From Acidobacteriota bacterium (GTDB taxonomy: Bacteria > Acidobacteriota > Thermoanaerobaculia > Multivoradales > UBA5704), in NCBI GenBank assembly GCA_040005235.1, contig JBDTZG010000073.1, positions 1-24,342 on the forward strand: a stretch of 24,342 nt of DNA, given 5' to 3'. A program made the position numbers and the translations under genes. This document shows, in pieces, positions 16,955 to 24,342 of the stretch. The notes below the pieces were generated by a model. It saw nothing but the letters and a program-made list of their open reading frames with translations. It was not told where the DNA came from and searched no databases. Position 1 is the first letter of the stretch. Each line of letters starts with the position of its first letter.

Positions 16955-17179
16955 ATGACCCTGATCGAGCTTGAAGCAGCCGCTCTGGAATTGGATCTGC
17001 CCTCGCGGGCTCATCTCGCCGAAAGGCTCCTCCATAGCCTCGAAGATCCATCCGGCTCTGAAATCGATGAGCTATGGCTCGACGAAGCGATCCGGCGAGA
17101 TCGGGCAATCGACGCCGGCGAGCTTGGCGAAACCCCTGCGGTGGAGGTGTTCCAGGAGCTCAAGGCGCGACTTAAGTGA
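16955..17179 (+). CDS. addiction module component (TIGR02574-like putative antitoxin), no adjacent toxin
   Basis: 74 aa after GGAGG; AALEL...RAHLAERLLHSLE...IDELWLDEAIRR...IDAGE...EVFQELKARL pattern typical of this family. Confidence 0.85.
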   Translation: MTLIELEAAALELDLPSRAHLAERLLHSLEDPSGSEIDELWLDEAIRRDRAIDAGELGETPAVEVFQELKARLK

Positions 17180-17190
17180 CTCTCGCCTTT

Positions 17191-17228
17191 TCAGCCTCGA
17201 CGGGGCAGATTGGCGATTGCTCGACCGG
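17191..17228 (+). pseudogene. short remnant homologous to the N-terminus of the NPP-family gene at 19058
   Basis: Encodes SLDGADWRLLDR versus GLDGADWQLLDR; 17194-17228 matches 19155-19189 at 29/35 nt. Confidence 0.65.
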
Positions 17229-17269
17229 CCTTTCTGGCCGAGCGGCCAGTGCCCTAGCCGCGGTCCGGA

Positions 17270-18895
17270 TCACTTGCAGGTAGACTCCAAACCTGCGTCG
17301 AGGTCCAGGCATTTGCCATCGAACGCTCCTGGCTCGACCTTCAGGCTGATCAACGCCGCCAGAGTCGGTGCGATATCGACGGTCTCGACCGGCAGTGGTT
17401 GTTCAAACGGCGTGATTCCTCTGCGCCAGAAGAGAATAGGCACGCGCCGGTCGTAGTCCCAGGGGCTCCCGTGGGTCGCCACGTACTCTCCCTCCAATTT
17501 TGCCCTTTCCTCGGTGATCGGTGTCACCTGTGGCTTGAGCAGCACCACCAGATCGCCGGAACGCTCGGGATCGAACGATGCCCGCGCGCGATCTTCGAGC
17601 GACCATGTGTCGGGTGAACCGGTGGGTCGCGGTCTCGCCTGCAACTCGGCGTGGGTTAGAACCCGCGCCACTTGCGGTGAAGCCTCATAGAGCTTCTTTG
17701 CGCGATCCAATACATCGGCCTTCTGACTCGCCGTTAGATTATTGTCAACGTAGATGTCCCCCGAAGCCCCTTCGCCGTACAGGACTGGGTCCTTGAGAGT
17801 CAAAACCTGGGCGATGGTTTGGCTCATTGGGCTGGCTACTAGATGAGGATCCACCCGCACCGCAGCCGTCGCCGCGTGCTCTTCGTTTCGTTCGGGAAGG
17901 TCGTGGCCGCCGTGGTCGGCGGTCAGCACGACGACATAGTCCACACCGGTCGCATCGAGCTTGTCGAAGAAAAAGCCGAGCTCGCGGTCGAGAGAGAGCA
18001 GTTGCAGACACATCTCCGCTCCCTCCGTGCCGTACGTGTGACCAACGTAGTCGGTCGCCGACAGGCCAATGGCGAGAAGATTGGTTGCGTTCCCCTCGTC
18101 GAGCTTCATCTCGGCCGCAACCGCGGCAGCGAGCGCAAGGATGGCTCGATCAAAGTCAGGGGAGGCGCGGAACAGTCCATTTTCTCCGGCATTCCGTTCG
18201 AAGTGGTTGATACCTACAGTCTTGGTGCCCCCGACCGTTACCGCGTGGTTCCGCGCCTCGCAAATTTCCGGAAGCGCGGAGCCTGAGCGCGGCGTGGCGA
18301 GTTCTTCAGCTACTGCCTTGTTGATTCGATCGGCAGCAGCGGAAGTCTGCCCGGCCGGACCCATGAATGCCTTATCTTTCCACCACCAGATTTGGTCAAC
18401 CTTGTCTCCGCCCAGCATCACGGCCGCACGGTCCTTTCCCGCAACGACGACACTGCGGACAGCGGAGTTATCTACTTTCATCCGTTTACCAAGAGTCGGC
18501 ACTTTCAAATGGGCCGCGGAGATCGTGTAAGTCGATTGGGATTCGTCCTCCGCGCAATAGATCTTGTCTTTTTTCAGCCTCAGGTTAAACCAGTTGTTGG
18601 CGATAATGCCAGTGCGGTCGGGATGGGCTCCAGTAAGAATGGTCGAATGGCCCGGACAGGTCTCAGTCGCGGCATGGCTTTGGTAACCGGAGGGGAAAAC
18701 GACTCCCTCGCGGCTTAGCCGCCTGAGGCCACCGACGAAGTACTGACGGTACTCAGCAAAAAGATCGGCGGAGAATTGGTCGACCGAGATGGCGACGACT
18801 AACTTAGGCGCAGGCTTGGGGGCAGGCTGCGCCACGGCACCGGCCGCGAGTGCTGAGAACAGAAGGAAGGCGAGGGCGGGGGCACTGTTCTTCAT
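17270..18895 (-). CDS. PafA/PhoK-type alkaline phosphatase (Thr nucleophile)
   Basis: ATG 18895 after AAGGAG; signal peptide; ISVDQF, TETCPGHSTILTG, GIIANNW, GKDRAA, DYVGH, TADHG, HGSPWDYD. Confidence 0.93.
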   Translation of the reverse strand: MKNSAPALAFLLFSALAAGAVAQPAPKPAPKLVVAISVDQFSADLFAEYRQYFVGGLRRLSREGVVFPSGYQSHAATETCPGHSTILTGAHPDRTGIIANNWFNLRLKKDKIYCAEDESQSTYTISAAHLKVPTLGKRMKVDNSAVRSVVVAGKDRAAVMLGGDKVDQIWWWKDKAFMGPAGQTSAAADRINKAVAEELATPRSGSALPEICEARNHAVTVGGTKTVGINHFERNAGENGLFRASPDFDRAILALAAAVAAEMKLDEGNATNLLAIGLSATDYVGHTYGTEGAEMCLQLLSLDRELGFFFDKLDATGVDYVVVLTADHGGHDLPERNEEHAATAAVRVDPHLVASPMSQTIAQVLTLKDPVLYGEGASGDIYVDNNLTASQKADVLDRAKKLYEASPQVARVLTHAELQARPRPTGSPDTWSLEDRARASFDPERSGDLVVLLKPQVTPITEERAKLEGEYVATHGSPWDYDRRVPILFWRRGITPFEQPLPVETVDIAPTLAALISLKVEPGAFDGKCLDLDAGLESTCK

Positions 18896-19057
18896 AGAGG
18901 CTCCTTGTAACACTCGAGCGAGTTCCCACGCATCCTGGACGCCAGGTCTTAGAGTTCAACTATCTGACGGACGCTAACTCATTTGTTCCTACCCCAGGTT
19001 GACTTCGTAGGCGCCCGCGCTGTACTGATTGGAGCGTTCCGAACTCTCAATCCACCC

Positions 19058-20893
19058 ATGCCTTTCCTCCGCCCGATCGCCCTCCTCGCCGCGATTCTCT
19101 TCTCGGCGTGCGAATCAAAAGCTCCTCCTCCCCGTCCGCGGGTTCTCTTCGTCGGCCTGGACGGCGCGGATTGGCAGCTGCTCGACCGGTTTGCGGCGGA
19201 CGGCACGATGCCGAACCTCGCTCGGCTGGGCAAGGAGGGGCGTTCGGGCATCCTCGAAACCGATCAGCCTCCTCTCTCTCCCCTGCTCTGGACGACCATG
19301 ATGACCGGGGTTTCGCCGCTCGCCCATGGGGTGCTCGACTTCACCCGATTCAGCCCCGAGACCGGCCAACGGGAGCCGATCACCTCGGCCGAGCGGCGGG
19401 TGCCGGCGATCTGGAACATGGCTTCCGGGGCCGGGCGGAGCGTCGCCGTGTTCGGGCTCTGGGCGACCTGGCCGGCGGAGCCGGTGAACGGCCGCCTGGT
19501 CTCGGACCGGCTGTTCTCGTTCCAGCTCCGCGAGGGCGATCCTCCCCCCGGTTTGGTCTGGCCCAAAGACCGCGAGGAATGGGCCCGCGCGGCGCGGCAA
19601 CGAGCCGAGCAGGAGATCGGCGCGGAGCAGATCGCTACATACCTTCCCGCGCTGTCCCCGGAGCAGATCGAGTCCGCGCTTGCGGCTCCTCCCGGCCCGG
19701 AGAACCGGATCGAGGGGCTGCGCCGGATCCTGGTCCAAACCCGGCTCTACGACGGCCTCGCCCGCGAGACGATCGCCGAAACGCACCCGGATCTCGCCAT
19801 CGTCTATATCCAAGGGACCGACGCGATCGGCCATCTGTTTGCACCGTACTTCCCGCCGCGGCGGCCGGAGATTTCGGAGGCGGACTTCGCGCTCTATTCC
19901 GACGTTCCGCGACGCTATTTCGCGGAGATCGACCGCCTGCTGGGTGCATACGCCGAGATCGCCAAGAAAGAGGGGGCGATTTTGATGCTCGCCTCCGATC
20001 ATGGGTTCCGCTGGCAAGAGGGCCGGCCGATCCATGCCGGAAGCGCCGAAGCGGCGACCGCCGGGCTCTGGCATCGCGAGGAGGGGATCTACCTGCTCGC
20101 CGGCCCGGGGATTCCACCGACATCCGAGCGGAGCCGCGGCCGGATCGATCAGATCGCCTCGACGCTGCTTGCGCTGCTCGGCCTACCACCGGGCAAAGGC
20201 ATGGCAGGGCCGGAACTTCGCGGAACCCCGCTCTCTCCGATCGCTCCGGCCCGCGAAGCGGTGGACTACGCGGCCCATTTCCGCCCCATGTCGAACCCTG
20301 GAACCGCCGTTTCCAAAGCCAAGCCGGCGGGTGAAGAGCTGGCGACGCTCAAGGCGCTGGGGTATTTGGGAGCGGACGAGCCTGAGCGGGCCCCCCGCGC
20401 CGTCCCCGCCGGAACCGACCCGACCCGGACGCCCGGCTCTTACAACAACGAGGGGTTGATCCGCCGCGCGTTGGGCGGGAAAGGCGATCCGGCCCAGACC
20501 CGCGCAGCGGCCGAAGCGTTCGAGAACGCGATCGCGCTCGATCCGCGCTCCGCCTCGGCGCTTTGGAATCTGAGCGACCTGCTGGCATCGAGCGACCCCA
20601 AGGGGGCCGGCGGACTGCTGCGCCGCGCCGCGCGGGCCGGCCTGCCGGACGCGCTGCCGCGGCTTCTCGGCCGGGGAAAAGAGCGCCTGGCGCTCGGCGA
20701 CTGCGCGGAGGCGCGTGCCGATTTCGGCCTCGCGACCGACCTGGCGCCGAGCGATCCGATCGCCTGGGGCACCGTGGCGCTCGCCGATCTCTGCACCGGA
20801 GACCCAGCCGCCGCCCGCCGGGCGCTTGAACGATCGCTCGCGCTCGATCCGAATCAGCCCGAGATGGTCCGGGCGCTTGGGGAGCTGCGGTAG
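19058..20893 (+). CDS. alkaline phosphatase superfamily (nucleotide pyrophosphatase/phosphodiesterase-like) lipoprotein with C-terminal TPRs
   Basis: ATG 19058 with lipobox-like FSAC; VGLDGADW, SPLLWTTMMTG..P..HGV, DAIGH, ASDHGF, LKALGYL; TPR-like AFENAIALDP and LERSLALDPNQ. Confidence 0.88.
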   Translation: MPFLRPIALLAAILFSACESKAPPPRPRVLFVGLDGADWQLLDRFAADGTMPNLARLGKEGRSGILETDQPPLSPLLWTTMMTGVSPLAHGVLDFTRFSPETGQREPITSAERRVPAIWNMASGAGRSVAVFGLWATWPAEPVNGRLVSDRLFSFQLREGDPPPGLVWPKDREEWARAARQRAEQEIGAEQIATYLPALSPEQIESALAAPPGPENRIEGLRRILVQTRLYDGLARETIAETHPDLAIVYIQGTDAIGHLFAPYFPPRRPEISEADFALYSDVPRRYFAEIDRLLGAYAEIAKKEGAILMLASDHGFRWQEGRPIHAGSAEAATAGLWHREEGIYLLAGPGIPPTSERSRGRIDQIASTLLALLGLPPGKGMAGPELRGTPLSPIAPAREAVDYAAHFRPMSNPGTAVSKAKPAGEELATLKALGYLGADEPERAPRAVPAGTDPTRTPGSYNNEGLIRRALGGKGDPAQTRAAAEAFENAIALDPRSASALWNLSDLLASSDPKGAGGLLRRAARAGLPDALPRLLGRGKERLALGDCAEARADFGLATDLAPSDPIAWGTVALADLCTGDPAAARRALERSLALDPNQPEMVRALGELR

Positions 20894-20901
20894 CGCAGCC
20901 A

Positions 20902-21045
20902 ATGCATCGCCTCGAAGAGAACATCGGCGCCGTGGACGTTGACCTCGACCGCAACGAGTTGCAGGAGATCGACGCTGCCACCGCCCGCATTGAAGTCCAG
21001 GGCGCACGCTACCCCGAGGATCAGGAACGGCTAACGGGACTCTGA
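20902..21045 (+). pseudogene. C-terminal fragment of an aldo/keto reductase
   Basis: Translates to MHRLEENIGAVDVDLDRNELQEIDAATARIEVQGARYPEDQERLTGL*, matching the AKR tail (RLEENIGA...L...EID...GARY). 47 aa, below the ORF track cutoff. Confidence 0.8.
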
Positions 21046-22101
21046 CTAGCGCTCCGAACGCAACCACCGCCCAAAACCCGTCTCCATCTCCTCCCAAGAG
21101 ACCCCGAGCGCCGCGCGGAGGCGTTCCGGGTCGTAGCGCTCCCCTCGCGCGAGCGACGCGAGGTACCCTTTGAAGCGGGGCGCAAGCTCCCGATCGAGCA
21201 ACAGGTAGCGCACCAGAAGTGCGCTCTGCTCGTAGTCGAACGAGCGCAACCCATGATCGAAATCGCTGCGCGGGAGTCCGGTCAACTCGGGCAACGGACG
21301 AGCCCAGCCCCGGTCGAGCGCTCCGCGCAGCCGCTCGGCGAGAGCCTCGACGCCTACGATGCCGCGGAGCGGACCGATTCCCTCTTCCGTGGTGCCGTAG
21401 CCGATCGCGTCGGCCAGCCCCTCCGACAGCCACGGCGGCAGGTTCGTGCCCAGCGCGCGGCGGTGGACCAGGTGTGTCAGCTCGTGCGCCAGGGTGGTGA
21501 TCGCGCTCTTCCTGCCGCTGCCGGCATGGAGGACCACCAGGCCGTCGATGTCGCTCGCAAAGCCCGCGTAGCCCGCCGCCAGACGGCCGTCCTCCTCGAC
21601 GTAGTGCCGATAATCCGCAAGGTCGCCGAACAGGATGATCTCTTCGGCGGGCGTTTCGATCGGGGTCACCCCGAAGCGCCCGGCATACACGTCATCGAGC
21701 GTGGCGCCGATCTTCTCGCAGGCGGCCAGGAGCCGCGGGTCCGAGCTGTAGGTCGCGAGCCGGTACGGACCGCAGCGCCCTTTTTTCGGTCGCCCCATGG
21801 TCAGGTAGGCGAGTGCCAGAGATTGCTCGTTCGGGGTGTTGGCGGGCCGCGCGGCGGTCGCGGGAGGCTTGGGGCGCGGCCGGGGCGGCCGGACGACGAC
21901 CGGCGGCGGAGCCGGCTCGCCGCAGTCGAGGTTTAGCCCCAAGAGCGCCAAGGCGCCCCAAAAGCAAAGCGCCCGAGAGGCTCGGAACCGACAAGTCAAA
22001 TCGCCGATGGCTCGGCCTCCTCGAGTGCGTAGCCCTGAGAGCGAGATCTTAGATGAGCTAGGTCCTAAAACGCGCCCCGTTCGAGAGACTGCCTCGCCCA
22101 T
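21046..22101 (-). CDS. HExxH gluzincin-like protein (DUF1570/peptidase MA-like), probably exported
   Basis: TLAHELTHL followed by PPWLSEGLA and a Y.QS.LLV.YL helix. Start uncertain: in-frame TTG at 21999 would give a signal peptide ending LDC. Confidence 0.8.
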   Translation of the reverse strand: MGEAVSRTGRVLGPSSSKISLSGLRTRGGRAIGDLTCRFRASRALCFWGALALLGLNLDCGEPAPPPVVVRPPRPRPKPPATAARPANTPNEQSLALAYLTMGRPKKGRCGPYRLATYSSDPRLLAACEKIGATLDDVYAGRFGVTPIETPAEEIILFGDLADYRHYVEEDGRLAAGYAGFASDIDGLVVLHAGSGRKSAITTLAHELTHLVHRRALGTNLPPWLSEGLADAIGYGTTEEGIGPLRGIVGVEALAERLRGALDRGWARPLPELTGLPRSDFDHGLRSFDYEQSALLVRYLLLDRELAPRFKGYLASLARGERYDPERLRAALGVSWEEMETGFGRWLRSER

Positions 22102-22235
22102 TTTAATCAGCTTGTAACGAAATTGTAGAGCGGTGCGCCTTATCTGTTCCAGGCGTGACGAAGACCTTGCGGAACGCTGAATGGACAGCGAGCCGCGTCA
22201 GAGCGGCCGGGCTCTGCGGCTAGAGAGGGAACCTT

Positions 22236-23924
<1,689 letters not shown>

Positions 23925-23936
23925 GGAGACATGGTC

Positions 23937-24342
23937 ATGGCCCAGTTCAATGTCAACGCGAATCGTTTCGATCCGTACAAGAATTTCAAGTTCCGTGTCT
24001 TCTGGGTAGGGAGCACGGCGCCGGTCGCCGGCGTCAGCAAGGTCGGCGGCCTGAAGCGGACCACCGAGGTGGTGGAGCACCGCGAGGGCGGCGATCCCAG
24101 CACGTCCCGCAAGTCCCCCGGCCGCACCAAGTTCGAGGCCATCATGCTGGAGCGCGGAGTCACCCACGACACCGAGTTCGAAAAGTGGGCCAACAAGGTG
24201 TGGAACTTCGGCTCCGGGCTCGGCGCGGAGGTCTCCCTCAAGGATTTCCGGCGCGACGTGATCATCGAGCTCTACAACGAAGCCGGTCAGCCGGCGATCC
24301 GTTACAAGGTCTTCCGCTGCTGGGTCTCGGAGTTCCAGGCGC
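23937..24342 (+). CDS. tail tube protein (T4 gp19/Afp1-like), truncated by the window end
   Basis: AGGAG RBS at the sheath stop. Translates MAQFNVNANRFDPYKNFKFRV...VSKVGGLKRTTEVVEHREGG...RKSPGRTKFEAIMLERGVT...RRDVIIELYNEAG...YKVFRCWVSE. Absent from the ORF track because there is no stop in the window. Confidence 0.95.
   Translation, partial: MAQFNVNANRFDPYKNFKFRVFWVGSTAPVAGVSKVGGLKRTTEVVEHREGGDPSTSRKSPGRTKFEAIMLERGVTHDTEFEKWANKVWNFGSGLGAEVSLKDFRRDVIIELYNEAGQPAIRYKVFRCWVSEFQA

Overview
High-GC bacterial chromosomal window; the 16S 5' sequence and gene style are consistent with Acidobacteriota, possibly Thermoanaerobaculia (inference only). From left to right: the 5' end of a minus-strand 16S rRNA gene, preceded by three tandem sigma70 promoter/hairpin/boxA-like modules; purM-purN; an intergenic 11 x 21-bp degenerate tandem array bounded by 19-bp inverted repeats; pntAB-pntB without pntAA; a secreted repeat protein; a membrane GGDEF diguanylate cyclase divergent from a GT-C-like membrane protein and an M20 peptidase; a minus-strand cluster of three paralogous unknown secreted proteins interleaved with a two-domain FKBP and a stand-alone NFACT-R protein; a rearranged patch (orphan addiction-module antitoxin, gene remnants, an AT-richer PafA-type phosphatase, an NPP-TPR lipoprotein, an HExxH protein); and the start of a contractile injection system locus (sheath plus truncated tube) at the right edge. 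The best candidates for something undescribed are the three-paralog secreted cluster, the TIR-bounded 21-bp array and the eCIS-like locus. All calls are by eye from motifs; no database searches were run.
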